Assembly: GCA_020723205.1 (NCBI GenBank)
Contig: DYJF01000003.1
Coordinates: 1 to 61,645 of the forward strand
Length of the DNA stretch: 61,645 nt
Source: Bdellovibrio sp.
Lineage (GTDB): Bacteria > UBA10199 > 2-02-FULL-44-16 > DYJF01
Direction: 5' to 3'
Shown piece by piece: positions 1-9,242 of the stretch; the stretch's first letter is position 1; each line of letters starts with the position of its first letter. Below the pieces are notes generated by a model. It saw nothing but the letters and a program-made list of their open reading frames with translations, searched no databases and was not told the origin of the DNA. A program made the translations under genes and the position numbers.

Positions 1-423
1 CATCCGCACATGGTAGGGGCGGCCTACGATGCCATGGGCGAGCAGACATATGAATGGAAGCCGCCGGAGAGGTCGGAGGAGGAGAAAAACATCCCCATAG
101 ACAAGGAGGTGCTGCGGTTGGTGCGTGAAGCGATGGTAGGCGTCGTGGGGGAGCCGGGCGGTACCGCACACCGCCTTAGCACCTATCCCATTAAGATGGG
201 CGGGAAGACAGGTACGGCGCAGGTGGTGCAGCTCGACAGCAAGGTCGCATGTTTTGGGGAGAAGTGCAGGGACCACGCTTGGTTCATAGGATTCGCGCCT
301 GCGGAAGACCCGCAGATCGCCGCCGCGGCGGTCGTGGAACACGGAGGTTTCGGTGCATCGGCCGCCGCCCCGATCGTCGGAGCGATGATGCAGAAATATT
401 TCGATGCAGAGGGGAAGCAGTAA
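1..423 (+). CDS. mrdA: Penicillin-binding protein 2 (peptidoglycan D,D-transpeptidase), C-terminal fragment; gene begins upstream of window
   Basis: Frame is open to the window edge. KTGTAQ (KTG box) and an HAWFIGFAP-type transpeptidase C-terminus. Lies directly upstream of rodA, as in mrdA-rodA operons. Confidence 0.8.
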   Translation, partial: HPHMVGAAYDAMGEQTYEWKPPERSEEEKNIPIDKEVLRLVREAMVGVVGEPGGTAHRLSTYPIKMGGKTGTAQVVQLDSKVACFGEKCRDHAWFIGFAPAEDPQIAAAAVVEHGGFGASAAAPIVGAMMQKYFDAEGKQ

Positions 424-426
424 GAT

Positions 427-1524
427 ATGGAAAAAAGATTTGAGAACTTCAACTGGGCCTTCTTCGGCGTTACTATAGCGCTGGTCGTAGTGGGGCTCAT
501 CAACCTCTACAGCGCCGTTTATTTCTGGGGGGAGGGCGGCACGATGGCCCTGTTCTGGTCGCAACTACTATGGATGGGCATAGGCCTTCTCATGATGTTC
601 GTTGTCTCCTTCATCGACTACAGGATATTTCACCGTACCGCCGTGTACATTTACGTGGCCGTCAACATCCTGCTTCTGGCGTCCCTCTTTTTCGGAAAGG
701 TTGTGAGGGGGACCTCCGGGTGGATACAGTTCGGCGGCTTTTCGATGCAACCGGCGGAGTTCGCCAAGATCGCCTTCATATTCATAGCCGCCAAATACTA
801 CAGCGATCATCCCAATCCTGAAGGGTTCACGCTCAAGGACATGTTCAAACCGGCGCTGCTCATGCTCATACCGTTCGCCCTTATCGTGCTTCAGGGCGAC
901 ATGGGTTCGTCCCTGTTCCTCATCCTCATTTTCTCTTCGCTTGCCATGTTCGCGAAAATCAGGTGGGGCACGATAGTTCTTCTGCTCGTGGTCGGAATAG
1001 TCGCTGCGGGGGCTATCTATCAGTTCGGCCTCAAGGATTACCAGCGCACCCGCATATTCACTTTCATGCATCCGGAGACGGATGTGCGCGGCAGCGGATA
1101 TCACCTCATGCAGTCGAAGATCGCGGTCGGTTCCGGAAAGATATTTGGAAAGGGTTACCTTAGGGGCAACATCAACAAGCTCCGCTATCTTCCGGAGAGG
1201 CACACCGACTTCATCTTCCCCGTTTTTGCGGAGGAATGGGGTTTTGTCGGGAGCGTCGTGCTCTTGGGGCTCATGGGTGCCATGCTCCTGATGGGAGTGG
1301 AGATCGCCGCCAAGGCGCGCGAGCGGTTCGGAATTTTTCTTGCGATAGGGATCGTCTCAATGCTCTTCTGGCAGCTGGTCATCAATCTGGGCGGGGTCTT
1401 GGGGCTGATGCCCTTGACCGGCGTTACCTTGCCGCTCATGAGCTACGGCGGTTCGTCCGTCATCGCGGTTCTCATGGCCTTAGGCATACTTCAGAACATC
1501 AGCCGCCGCCGGTTCATGTTCTAG
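427..1524 (+). CDS. rodA: SEDS-family peptidoglycan glycosyltransferase RodA
   Basis: 365-aa polytopic membrane ORF with SEDS signatures (PAEFAKI, HTDFIFPVFAEEWGF, LPLMSYGGSS). Starts 4 nt after the mrdA stop. Confidence 0.9.
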   Translation: MEKRFENFNWAFFGVTIALVVVGLINLYSAVYFWGEGGTMALFWSQLLWMGIGLLMMFVVSFIDYRIFHRTAVYIYVAVNILLLASLFFGKVVRGTSGWIQFGGFSMQPAEFAKIAFIFIAAKYYSDHPNPEGFTLKDMFKPALLMLIPFALIVLQGDMGSSLFLILIFSSLAMFAKIRWGTIVLLLVVGIVAAGAIYQFGLKDYQRTRIFTFMHPETDVRGSGYHLMQSKIAVGSGKIFGKGYLRGNINKLRYLPERHTDFIFPVFAEEWGFVGSVVLLGLMGAMLLMGVEIAAKARERFGIFLAIGIVSMLFWQLVINLGGVLGLMPLTGVTLPLMSYGGSSVIAVLMALGILQNISRRRFMF

Positions 1525-1549
1525 TGCAGAAGTTCGAATGAAAAAAACT

Positions 1550-1579
1550 TTGACATGTTGCCGCTTTTGCAATTATGAG
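1550..1579 (+). promoter_or_regulatory. Putative sigma-70-type promoter upstream of trxA
   Basis: TTGACA at 1550-1555, then a 17-18 nt spacer and a weak -10 (TTATGA/TATGAG at 1573-1579). Lies about 40 nt upstream of the trxA start. Confidence 0.3.
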
Positions 1580-1615
1580 ATTCGCATACCAACTCATCGC
1601 TAGGGAGGTTCAATC

Positions 1616-1945
1616 ATGGCCGGGAAAAATGTTTATGAGGTGACGGACCAGACATTTGAAACTGAAGTGATCCAGTCAAACGTTCCGGTTCTGGTGGATT
1701 TCTGGGCGGCTTGGTGCGGGCCCTGCCAGGCACTTGGCCCCACGATAGAGTCTGTTGCCGATGAACAGGCGGGCAGGGTGAAGGTTTGCAAGATCAACGT
1801 GGATGACAACCCGGGTGTTGCGGCGAAGTTCGGAATCCGCTCGATCCCGACCATCTATCTATTTAAAAACGGACAGAATTTAGGACAACTGGTCGGTAAT
1901 GTAGCTAAGGGGGCGATCAACGAATTCCTGAAAAAGGCGTTTTAA
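1616..1945 (+). CDS. trxA: Thioredoxin
   Basis: 109 aa with the WCGPC active site and typical thioredoxin length and sequence. GGAGG lies upstream. Confidence 0.95.
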   Translation: MAGKNVYEVTDQTFETEVIQSNVPVLVDFWAAWCGPCQALGPTIESVADEQAGRVKVCKINVDDNPGVAAKFGIRSIPTIYLFKNGQNLGQLVGNVAKGAINEFLKKAF

Positions 1946-1973
1946 GACAATTGGGTTGACGCAATAAATTAAT

Positions 1974-2001
1974 CCACAGCTTTAATGGCTGTGGGTTTTT
2001 T
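1974..2001 (+). terminator. Rho-independent terminator after trxA
   Basis: Stem CCACAGC (1974-1980) pairs with GCTGTGG (1988-1994). It is followed by a T-run at 1996-2001. Confidence 0.7.
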
Positions 2002-2088
2002 ATTTAGAAATCAAATGGCTTGACATTCTAGGGCCGTCATGTTTTTTAAAACGGATCGAAGGTTTTTTGAAAGTTAAGCGATTTTATC

Positions 2089-2162
2089 GGGCCTTTAGCT
2101 CAGTTGGCTAGAGTACTTCCTTGACATGGAAGGGGTCACTGGTTCGAATCCAGTAAGGCCCA
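2089..2162 (+). tRNA. tRNA-Val (anticodon GAC)
   Basis: Cloverleaf read by eye: acceptor GGGCCTT/AAGGCCC, anticodon arm CTTCC-TTGACAT-GGAAG, T-loop GGTTCGAATCC. Confidence 0.93.
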
Positions 2163-2177
2163 CAAAGATAGTACAAA

Positions 2178-2222
2178 GTGTAGAAGTGTAGGAGTGTTCA
2201 AGTCCGACTCCTACACTTCTAC
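2178..2222 (+). repeat. Hairpin element in the thrS leader; copy 1 of a 19-mer also found after thrS
   Basis: GTGTAGAAGTGTAGGAGTG at 2178-2196. A perfect 16-bp stem joins 2180-2195 to 2207-2222 around an 11-nt loop. Confidence 0.8.
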
Positions 2223-2247
2223 GCATAAACGCTTCGACACTTTGATT

Positions 2248-3990
2248 ATGACCGAAAAGGGCGACGAAAATCTATTGAAGCTTGAAACTCTGCGGCATTC
2301 GGCCGCCCACGTTATGGCCGATGCGGTGAAGCGCCTTTTTCCCGGCGTGAAGCTTGCCATAGGACCGGCCATCGAGGACGGATTCTACTACGATTTCGAT
2401 TATCCCAAAGGATTCTCCACGGAGGATCTCTCAAAGATAGAAGCGGAGATGAAGAACATTATCGCCGCAGCGATTCCGTTCGAGCGAAGAGAAGTTCCGA
2501 AGAAGGAGGCAAGGGAGATATTCGAAAAGATGGGCGAGAAATACAAGCTCGAGCTCATCGATGAGCTCAACAGCGATACGGTCACGATATACAGGCACGG
2601 CGACTTTGTCGATCTCTGCCGCGGCCCGCACGTTTCGAATACGAGGGACGTCAAGGCGTTCAAGCTCTTGAAAGTGGCAGGCGCCTACTGGCGCGGCGAC
2701 GAGAAGAACCCGCAGCTGAACCGCATCTACGGGACCGCGTTCCTTTCAAAGAAGGAGCTCGAAGACTATCTTTCAATGCTTGAGGAGGCGGCCAAACGCG
2801 ATCATCGAAAGCTTGGAACCGCGCTGGACCTTTTCTCCACGATGGACGAGTACGGCGCCGGGCTCATACTCTGGCATCCGAAGGGCGGACGGATACGCGA
2901 CGCGATAGAGACCTTCTGGAAGCAGGAGCATTATCGCAACGGATACGATATCCTCTATACGCCGCACATCGGCCGCAAGACCTTGTGGGAGACGTCGGGC
3001 CACTTGGATTTCTACAGAGACAGCATGTATTCGCCCATGGACATCGATGGGAACGATTATTTCATCAAGCCGATGAACTGTCCGTTCCACATCATGGTCT
3101 ATAAGTCGCGGATGCGTTCTTACCGCGATCTCCCGCTAAGGTGGGCGGAACTGGGCACCGTTTACCGCTATGAAAAGAGCGGCGTGCTGCACGGTCTTTT
3201 GCGCGTGCGCGGTTTCACGCAGGACGATGCGCACATCATCTGCACGCCGGAACAGATAGAGGACGAGATCCGCGAAGTCCTCCGCTTTTCCTTGTTCATG
3301 TGGAAGTCGTTCGGCTTCACCAACATCAAGGCGTATCTCGCGACGCGCCCCGAAAAGGCGGTGGGAGAGCCGGAAAGGTGGGAGAAGGCAATCACTGCCC
3401 TGAAGAACGCCGCCACGGCGGAAAAAATGGACTACGAACTCGATCAGGGAGGCGGGGCGTTCTACGGGCCGAAGATAGATCTCAAGGTGAAGGACGCGCT
3501 CGGCCGCGAGTGGCAGATGACCACCATTCAATTTGATTTTAATCTGCCGGAGCGTTTCGATATGAGCTATATCGGCGCCGATGGACAGAAGCACAGACCG
3601 TTCATGGTGCATCGCGCTCTTCTGGGGAGCTTGGAGCGTTTCTTCGGCGTTCTGGTCGAGCATTATGCCGGCGATTTTCCCGTTTGGCTCGCGCCCGTTC
3701 AGGCGACCCTTCTCACGATTACCGACGATCAGATCCCGTTCGCAAAAAAGATACGGAATGATCTTAAGGCAAGCGGTGTCCGTGCCGAGCTCGACGACAG
3801 GAACGAGAAGCTGGGCTTGAAGATCCGCGAGGCCGAACTGCAAAAAACCCCGTATATGCTTGTGATCGGCGCCAAGGAAGCGGCGGCGAACTTGGTCGCC
3901 GTCCGTTCTCGCAAGAAGGGCGACTTGGGCCAGATGCCGGTTGATAGGTTCATAGAAATGATCACAAAGGATATAGGAGATAAGTCTTAA
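2248..3990 (+). CDS. thrS: Threonyl-tRNA synthetase (short form lacking the N-terminal TGS domain)
   Basis: Strong class II ThrRS sequence (RDHRKLG, PMNCPFH, FTQDDAHIF, GGGAFYGPKID). The ATG at 2248 is preferred over the ORF-track start at 2194, because 2194 lies inside the upstream hairpin. Confidence 0.9.
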   Translation: MTEKGDENLLKLETLRHSAAHVMADAVKRLFPGVKLAIGPAIEDGFYYDFDYPKGFSTEDLSKIEAEMKNIIAAAIPFERREVPKKEAREIFEKMGEKYKLELIDELNSDTVTIYRHGDFVDLCRGPHVSNTRDVKAFKLLKVAGAYWRGDEKNPQLNRIYGTAFLSKKELEDYLSMLEEAAKRDHRKLGTALDLFSTMDEYGAGLILWHPKGGRIRDAIETFWKQEHYRNGYDILYTPHIGRKTLWETSGHLDFYRDSMYSPMDIDGNDYFIKPMNCPFHIMVYKSRMRSYRDLPLRWAELGTVYRYEKSGVLHGLLRVRGFTQDDAHIICTPEQIEDEIREVLRFSLFMWKSFGFTNIKAYLATRPEKAVGEPERWEKAITALKNAATAEKMDYELDQGGGAFYGPKIDLKVKDALGREWQMTTIQFDFNLPERFDMSYIGADGQKHRPFMVHRALLGSLERFFGVLVEHYAGDFPVWLAPVQATLLTITDDQIPFAKKIRNDLKASGVRAELDDRNEKLGLKIREAELQKTPYMLVIGAKEAAANLVAVRSRKKGDLGQMPVDRFIEMITKDIGDKS

Positions 3991-4057
3991 GTGTAGAAGT
4001 GTAGGAGTGTAGAAGTCAGTTAGTATCAATGACCCCGGCACTCCAGACTTCTGCACT
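3991..4057 (+). repeat. Hairpin element between thrS and infC; copy 2 of the 19-mer
   Basis: 3991-4009 is identical to 2178-2196. It pairs with 4039-4057 (19 positions, 3 mismatches or wobbles) around a 29-nt loop. Confidence 0.75.
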
Positions 4058-4085
4058 TTAGCGCTGTTTTAAAAGGAGGTGCTTT

Positions 4086-4622
4086 ATCGAACCAAGAGAT
4101 GGGGCCAGGCGAAACGACCTGCGCATCAACCGCCGCATACGCGTTCCCGAGGTCCGACTGATAGGCGCAGACGGAGAACAGTTGGGCGTGTTCATCACGT
4201 CGGAGGCATTGAAGAGGGCGGAGGAGGTGGGATTGGACCTGGTCGAGATCTCGCCCACGGCAAGGCCGCCTGTCTGCAAGATAATGGATTACGGGAAGTA
4301 TAAGTATGATCAGGCGAAAAAGCGGCACGAGGCGAAGAAACATCAGGTGGTCGTTCGAACGAAAGAGATCAAGATGAGGCCGGCGACCGACGAACATGAT
4401 CTCCAGACGAAACTTCGTCACATCAAGCGCTTTCTGGAGGAGGGAGACAAGGTCAAGGTGACCTTGCGCTTCCGCGGCCGCGAGATGGCTCACATGGACC
4501 TTGGAAGACAGCGGCTTGCGCGCATTGTTCAGGAGGTCGCGGAGATAGGCGAGGTCGAGCAGATGCCGAAGCTCGAAGGCCGCATGATGAGCATGGTTGT
4601 GGGTCCGGCAAAGAAAAAATAG
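4086..4622 (+). CDS. infC: Translation initiation factor IF-3, probable non-AUG (ATC) start
   Basis: Typical IF-3 sequence continues in frame upstream of the ORF-track start (…[23 protein letters not shown]…). The frame opens at 4062. AGGAGGT at 4074-4080 is followed 5 nt later by ATC at 4086. Confidence 0.85.
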   Translation: MEPRDGARRNDLRINRRIRVPEVRLIGADGEQLGVFITSEALKRAEEVGLDLVEISPTARPPVCKIMDYGKYKYDQAKKRHEAKKHQVVVRTKEIKMRPATDEHDLQTKLRHIKRFLEEGDKVKVTLRFRGREMAHMDLGRQRLARIVQEVAEIGEVEQMPKLEGRMMSMVVGPAKKK

Positions 4623-4643
4623 GAATAGAAAAGGAGAGAGACA

Positions 4644-4841
4644 ATGCCCAAAATAAAGACGAAACGCAGCGCGGCGAAGCGTTTTTCCGTGACCAAAAGC
4701 GGAAAGGTAAAGATGAAACGCTCGAAGCTTCGCCACATCCTGACGTCCAAAACAAGAAAGCAGAAGCGCCGACTGCGCAGCAAGCTGTTCGCATCACCGG
4801 CCGACATGGCCAAGCTGCGCCGGCTTTTGCCCTACGGCTAG
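4644..4841 (+). CDS. rpmI: 50S ribosomal protein L35
   Basis: 65-aa basic protein starting MPKIKTKRSAAKRF. Conserved infC-rpmI-rplT order. Confidence 0.95.
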   Translation: MPKIKTKRSAAKRFSVTKSGKVKMKRSKLRHILTSKTRKQKRRLRSKLFASPADMAKLRRLLPYG

Positions 4842-4855
4842 TAAGGAGGATCTAA

Positions 4856-5206
4856 ATGCCAAGAGTCAAACGAGGTGTAAGAGGAGCAAGAAGAAGGAAA
4901 GGTATCTTAAAGCAGGCGAAGGGATACTTCGGCGGACGCCACCGGCTCATTCGCACCGCATCGGAAGCGGTGGATAAGGGGCTGGCCTACGCATACGTCG
5001 GCAGGAAGCTCAAGAAGCGGGAATACAGGGGGCTGTGGCAGACGAGGATCAGCGCCGCGGCAAAGGAGAACGGGATCTCGTTCTCGCGCCTCATGGGCAA
5101 CCTGAAGAAGAAGGGCGTCGTGCTTGACCGCAAGATCCTTGCGGAACTTGCTGCACAACATCCCGGAGATTTTGCGGCCATCGCAAACCTTGCGAAGGGT
5201 GCATGA
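4856..5206 (+). CDS. rplT: 50S ribosomal protein L20
   Basis: 116 aa starting MPRVKRGV…RRRK. Conserved L20 sequence and position. Confidence 0.95.
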   Translation: MPRVKRGVRGARRRKGILKQAKGYFGGRHRLIRTASEAVDKGLAYAYVGRKLKKREYRGLWQTRISAAAKENGISFSRLMGNLKKKGVVLDRKILAELAAQHPGDFAAIANLAKGA

Positions 5207-6231
5207 TAGAAGAGATGATGAAAAAAATAGAAGCCGTCCGCGATGAGGCGATGAAGGAGGTCGCCTTCGTCAGCGACGCCGGCTCTGCGGAGAAGTGGCG
5301 CGTCAAGTATCTCGGGCGCAAGGGGGCAGTCCCGGCGCTCCTGACGGAGATGGGCTCTCTCGAGGCCGCCGAACGCCCCGTGATCGGCCGGCAGATCAAT
5401 GATCTCAAGGTGGTACTGACCGACGAGATTGAACGCTGCATAGGGTCGTTCGCGAAAATGGGGCAGGAGTCCGCCATCGCAAGGGAGCGCATAGATATAA
5501 CGCTTCCCGGCCGCGTTATAATTCCGGGCAACCGCCATCCGATAAGGCAGACGATGGACTATGTCGTGGACATATTCACCGGCATGGGTTTTTCCGTCTT
5601 TGAAGGCCCGGAGATCGAGAGCGACTATTACAATTTCGAGGCCTTGAACGTTCCCAAGGACCATCCCGCGCGCGATATGCAGGACACCTTCTACGTGGAC
5701 GGTGACTCGCTCCTTCGCACGCATACGTCCCCGGTGCAGATCCATGTGATGGAATCGCACAGGCCGCCGGTGTTCATGATCGCACCCGGGGCTGTCTACA
5801 GACGGGACAGCGACGTTTCGCACTCGCCTATGTTCTATCAGGTGGAGGGATTGATGGTCGACGAGCACATAACGTTTAAGGACCTGAAGGGCGTGCTCAC
5901 GACCTTCTGCAGAAAAGTCTTCGGAGAAAAGCACGGCGTACGTTTCAGGCCCAGCTTTTTCCCGTTCACGGAGCCGTCGGCCGAAGTGGACATCTCATGC
6001 GTGATGTGCGGCGGGACTGGCTGCCGTGTCTGCAAGATGAGCGGGTGGATGGAGATATTGGGATGCGGAATGGTCGATCCGGAGGTCTTCAAGGCGGTGA
6101 AGTACGATCCAAAGAAGCTGACCGGTTTCGCCTTCGGGGTCGGCATAGACCGCGTCGCGATGCTTCTCTACGGCATCAACGACATTCGGCTTTTTTATGA
6201 GAACGATTTGAGATTTTTGGAGCAGTTCTAA
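5203..6231 (+). CDS. pheS: Phenylalanyl-tRNA synthetase alpha subunit
   Basis: 342 aa with class II motifs (HPARDMQDTFY, FRPSFFPFTEPS, GFAFGVGIDR). ATGA overlap with rplT. Confidence 0.95.
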   Translation: MIEEMMKKIEAVRDEAMKEVAFVSDAGSAEKWRVKYLGRKGAVPALLTEMGSLEAAERPVIGRQINDLKVVLTDEIERCIGSFAKMGQESAIARERIDITLPGRVIIPGNRHPIRQTMDYVVDIFTGMGFSVFEGPEIESDYYNFEALNVPKDHPARDMQDTFYVDGDSLLRTHTSPVQIHVMESHRPPVFMIAPGAVYRRDSDVSHSPMFYQVEGLMVDEHITFKDLKGVLTTFCRKVFGEKHGVRFRPSFFPFTEPSAEVDISCVMCGGTGCRVCKMSGWMEILGCGMVDPEVFKAVKYDPKKLTGFAFGVGIDRVAMLLYGINDIRLFYENDLRFLEQF

Positions 6232-8291
6232 TGCGAGTTTCACTCGATTGGATAAAAGAGTTCGTCGATCCGAAGCTTCCTCCCGGAAAGCTCGCGGACG
6301 TCCTTACAATGGGCGGGCTTGAGGTCGAGGAGATGGAGAAGATCGGCGAAGATACGATATTTGAGCTCGGGATCACCCCCAACAGGGGCGATTGCCTCTC
6401 GGTGATCGGCGTCGCCCGCGAGATCGCAACGCTTTTGAAGAGGAACCTGCGCCTGCCCAAGGAGAAGAAGATCAAGGGGAGGGGGCGCATGCGCGATTTC
6501 ATAAACGTTTCTGTCAAGTCGCCCCTCGCGTGTCCGCGTTACACCGCGCGCGTCATCGACGGCGTCAAGATCGGGCCGTCGCCCGGCTGGATGGTGAGGA
6601 TGCTTGCCGCGTGCGGTATAAGGTCCATCAACAACGTCGTAGATGCGACGAACTATGTGATGCTTGAAACGAACCAGCCGCTGCACGCTTTCGATCACAG
6701 GTTCATCAGGGGCAAAAGGATCATCGTTTCCAATCCCCGCGGTCCTCTCGATTTCGTGACGCTGGACGGCGGGACGCAGAAAATAATCCCCTCTGATCTT
6801 CTGATATGCGACGGGGAAGGGCCGGTGGCTCTGGCCGGCGTCATGGGCGGGAAGAACTCGGAGGTCTCTGACGATACGACGACGGTCGTGCTAGAGAGCG
6901 CATATTTCGAGCCCTCGTCCGTGCGCCGTACGGCGAGGCGATTGGGTCTCGCGTCGGAATCTTCAAGGAGGTTCGAACGCGGCGTGGATCCCACGGGAAC
7001 CCTGCTGGCGCTCAACCGTTTGACGGAGATCATCCTGGAGACGGCGGGCGGCACGGCCACCGCCGACTGGGTGGACATAAATCCGAAAAAATTCGTTCCC
7101 AAGAGGGTCAAGCTCGAGGCGAAGGAGATAGGGAGGGTCTTGGGGATCGAGATAAAGCTGCCGGAGGCGAGAGCGATCCTGTCGCGTCTCGGCATGAAGT
7201 GCGGCGCGCCTGCGAAAGGGGCCATGAGCGTGGCGGTCCCCGCTTTCAGGCCGGATGTAACGCGTCAGATAGACCTGATAGAAGAGCTTGCCCGTCTCTA
7301 CGGTTACCACAGAATAGACGAGACGATGCCGTCCGCCACCATAGAGCCGATAGTCAGGCCGCGTTTCGTTTTGCAGGAACGCGCGGCGCGCGAAGCGCTC
7401 ATCGGCTGCGGATTGACGGAGGCGGTCACAATGGGTTTCTCCGATCCGCGCGATCTTGAGCCGTTCTCGTCGTTTTTGCCGGCGCCGATAGGAATAACCA
7501 ATCCGCTCTCGTCGGAGGAATCGGTCATGCGCACGATGCTCCTTTCCGGGCTTCTGCGCGCGCTGGCGGTCAGCGTCAGCCGTCAGCGCTATGACGTGCG
7601 CCTCTTCACGGCCGGGAACGTATATCTGAGGCCGCAGGGCGGGAAGCAGGAGGAGCCGCTCCATCTCGCGGGCGTTCTCTTTGGAAAGCGCCGCGTTCAG
7701 AGCTGGGAGGCGGCAAAAGAGATGGTCGATTTTTATGACGTCAAGGGAGCGGTCGAGGCCGTGCTCAAGTCGCTGGGGCTCTCGAAGCAGGCCGTCTGGC
7801 AGCGCGCCGATGATCACGAGTTCCTGCATCCGGGGCGTTCCGCCGTCCTCCTGGTGGGCAACCGCAGGGTCGGCTTCGCGGGGCAGCTCCATCCGGAGAT
7901 AGCTGCGAAGTGGGACATACCGGGCGAGTGTTTCGTGTTTGAACTGGAGTTCGAGAACCTCGCGCAGATGTCTTTGACGGAAAAGCCGCAGTTCTCCGAG
8001 CTCTCGAAGTTCCCGTTCGTTGAACGGGATGTCGCGATACTTGTGGACGATAAGATACCTTCCGTCGAGGTGCTCAAGGTCATACAGAACTCGGGAGTCT
8101 CGCTTGTTGCGGATGTGCGTCTCTTTGACGTCTACCGCGGCAAAGGGATAGAGGGCGGCAGGAAGAGCATCGCATACACGATAAGATACGCGTCGCCCGA
8201 ACGCACGCTGACCGACGAAGAGGTGAACAGCGCGCATCAAACGATAGTGAGGGCGCTCGAAACGAAATTGAACGCCGTTCTAAGAACATAA
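6231..8291 (+). CDS. pheT: Phenylalanyl-tRNA synthetase beta subunit (short form without the N-terminal OB-fold tRNA-binding domain)
   Basis: 686 aa. The B1 start (MRVSLDWIKEFV) joins directly to ELGITPNRGDCLS. B3/4, B5 and FDX-ACB-like regions are recognisable. 1-nt overlap with the pheS stop. Confidence 0.9.
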   Translation: MRVSLDWIKEFVDPKLPPGKLADVLTMGGLEVEEMEKIGEDTIFELGITPNRGDCLSVIGVAREIATLLKRNLRLPKEKKIKGRGRMRDFINVSVKSPLACPRYTARVIDGVKIGPSPGWMVRMLAACGIRSINNVVDATNYVMLETNQPLHAFDHRFIRGKRIIVSNPRGPLDFVTLDGGTQKIIPSDLLICDGEGPVALAGVMGGKNSEVSDDTTTVVLESAYFEPSSVRRTARRLGLASESSRRFERGVDPTGTLLALNRLTEIILETAGGTATADWVDINPKKFVPKRVKLEAKEIGRVLGIEIKLPEARAILSRLGMKCGAPAKGAMSVAVPAFRPDVTRQIDLIEELARLYGYHRIDETMPSATIEPIVRPRFVLQERAAREALIGCGLTEAVTMGFSDPRDLEPFSSFLPAPIGITNPLSSEESVMRTMLLSGLLRALAVSVSRQRYDVRLFTAGNVYLRPQGGKQEEPLHLAGVLFGKRRVQSWEAAKEMVDFYDVKGAVEAVLKSLGLSKQAVWQRADDHEFLHPGRSAVLLVGNRRVGFAGQLHPEIAAKWDIPGECFVFELEFENLAQMSLTEKPQFSELSKFPFVERDVAILVDDKIPSVEVLKVIQNSGVSLVADVRLFDVYRGKGIEGGRKSIAYTIRYASPERTLTDEEVNSAHQTIVRALETKLNAVLRT

Positions 8292-8305
8292 AAAAGGAGG
8301 ATGCC

Positions 8306-8596
8306 ATGACAAAAGCGGACATCATTGAGCAGATCTACGAGAAAGTGGGGTTCTCGAAGAAAGAGTCTGCGGAGATCGTTGAGCTTGTCTTTGATACAAT
8401 GAAGGAGACCTTGGAGAAGGGGGAGAAGATCAAGATCTCCGGTTTCGGCAACTTTGTCGTTCGCCAGAAGAGGCCCCGCATAGGGCGCAACCCGCAGACA
8501 GGCGAGGAGATCGAGATCTCCGCGAGGAAGGTCATGACGTTCAGGCCGAGCCAGGTCTTGAAGGCCGCTCTCAACAAAGGGGCAAGCGAGGCATAA
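8306..8596 (+). CDS. ihfA: Integration host factor alpha subunit (HU/IHF family)
   Basis: 96 aa with GFGNF…[12 protein letters not shown] arm motifs. Lies immediately after pheT, as in the E. coli pheST-ihfA arrangement. Confidence 0.85.
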   Translation: MTKADIIEQIYEKVGFSKKESAEIVELVFDTMKETLEKGEKIKISGFGNFVVRQKRPRIGRNPQTGEEIEISARKVMTFRPSQVLKAALNKGASEA

Positions 8597-8598
8597 CT

Positions 8599-9045
8599 AT
8601 GGCAAAGATGCAGGAAATACCCAACAAGCTTTATTTCCGCATCGGCGAGGTGAGCGACATCGTAGGCGTCAAGCCCTATGTTCTTCGCTACTGGGAATCG
8701 GAGTTTCCGGATATCAAGCCGTCGAAGTCGAAGTCGGGGCAGCGTCTTTACAAAAGGCGCGACGTTGAACTGCTGGTGGGAATAAAACGGCTCCTCTACG
8801 ATGAGCGCTTCACGATAGACGGTGCGCGTAAGCGCCTGAAAGAATGGAGCAGGGGCGAGGGGGCGAGGGAAGAGCCGGATGCGAAGGGGCCGAAGCAGCT
8901 GGATGTCTTCGAAACCAAGCATCCGCCGCAGACGACCGCTTCGAGGTCCGAAAGGACCGGCGACACCCTTGGCACCGGCGACAAAAAGGTCCTTGTCAAA
9001 ATAAAGAAGGACCTCGAATCGCTGCTCAGCATAATAAAGAGCTGA
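8599..9045 (+). CDS. MerR-family transcriptional regulator
   Basis: N-terminal MerR-type HTH ([25 protein letters not shown]…RLYKRRDV) with a low-complexity C-terminus. Confidence 0.8.
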   Translation: MAKMQEIPNKLYFRIGEVSDIVGVKPYVLRYWESEFPDIKPSKSKSGQRLYKRRDVELLVGIKRLLYDERFTIDGARKRLKEWSRGEGAREEPDAKGPKQLDVFETKHPPQTTASRSERTGDTLGTGDKKVLVKIKKDLESLLSIIKS

Positions 9046-9083
9046 CGCCTGATTTTTTCGTTTTCGATGCTCGTCTTGCTGGT

Positions 9084-9159
9084 CGGGGCATAGCTCAGCC
9101 TGGACTAGAGTGCTTGCTTGGGGTGCAAGAGGTCAGGGGTTCAAATCCCCTTGCCCCGA
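9084..9159 (+). tRNA. tRNA-Pro (anticodon GGG)
   Basis: Acceptor CGGGGCA/TGCCCCG, anticodon arm CTTGC-TTGGGGT-GCAAG, T-loop GGTTCAAATCC. Confidence 0.93.
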
Positions 9160-9242
9160 CCAGCGAGATGAGTCAGTTGGGTCGAAAAAATCATGTCAAA
9201 TCGACACAAGGTGTCATGTGCTCTGATCTGACCGGATAAATA

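Noticed and set aside
2020-2050. Promoter for tRNA-Val (TTGACA at 2020-2025).
   Set aside because: No acceptable -10 hexamer lies at 16-18 nt spacing (only a T-run followed by AAA), so it is not listed as a feature.
3991-4085. L20-leader, T-box or other named riboswitch upstream of infC or thrS.
   Set aside because: I could not identify the conserved sequence blocks of any named leader family by eye. Only the hairpins themselves are supported, and they are reported as such.
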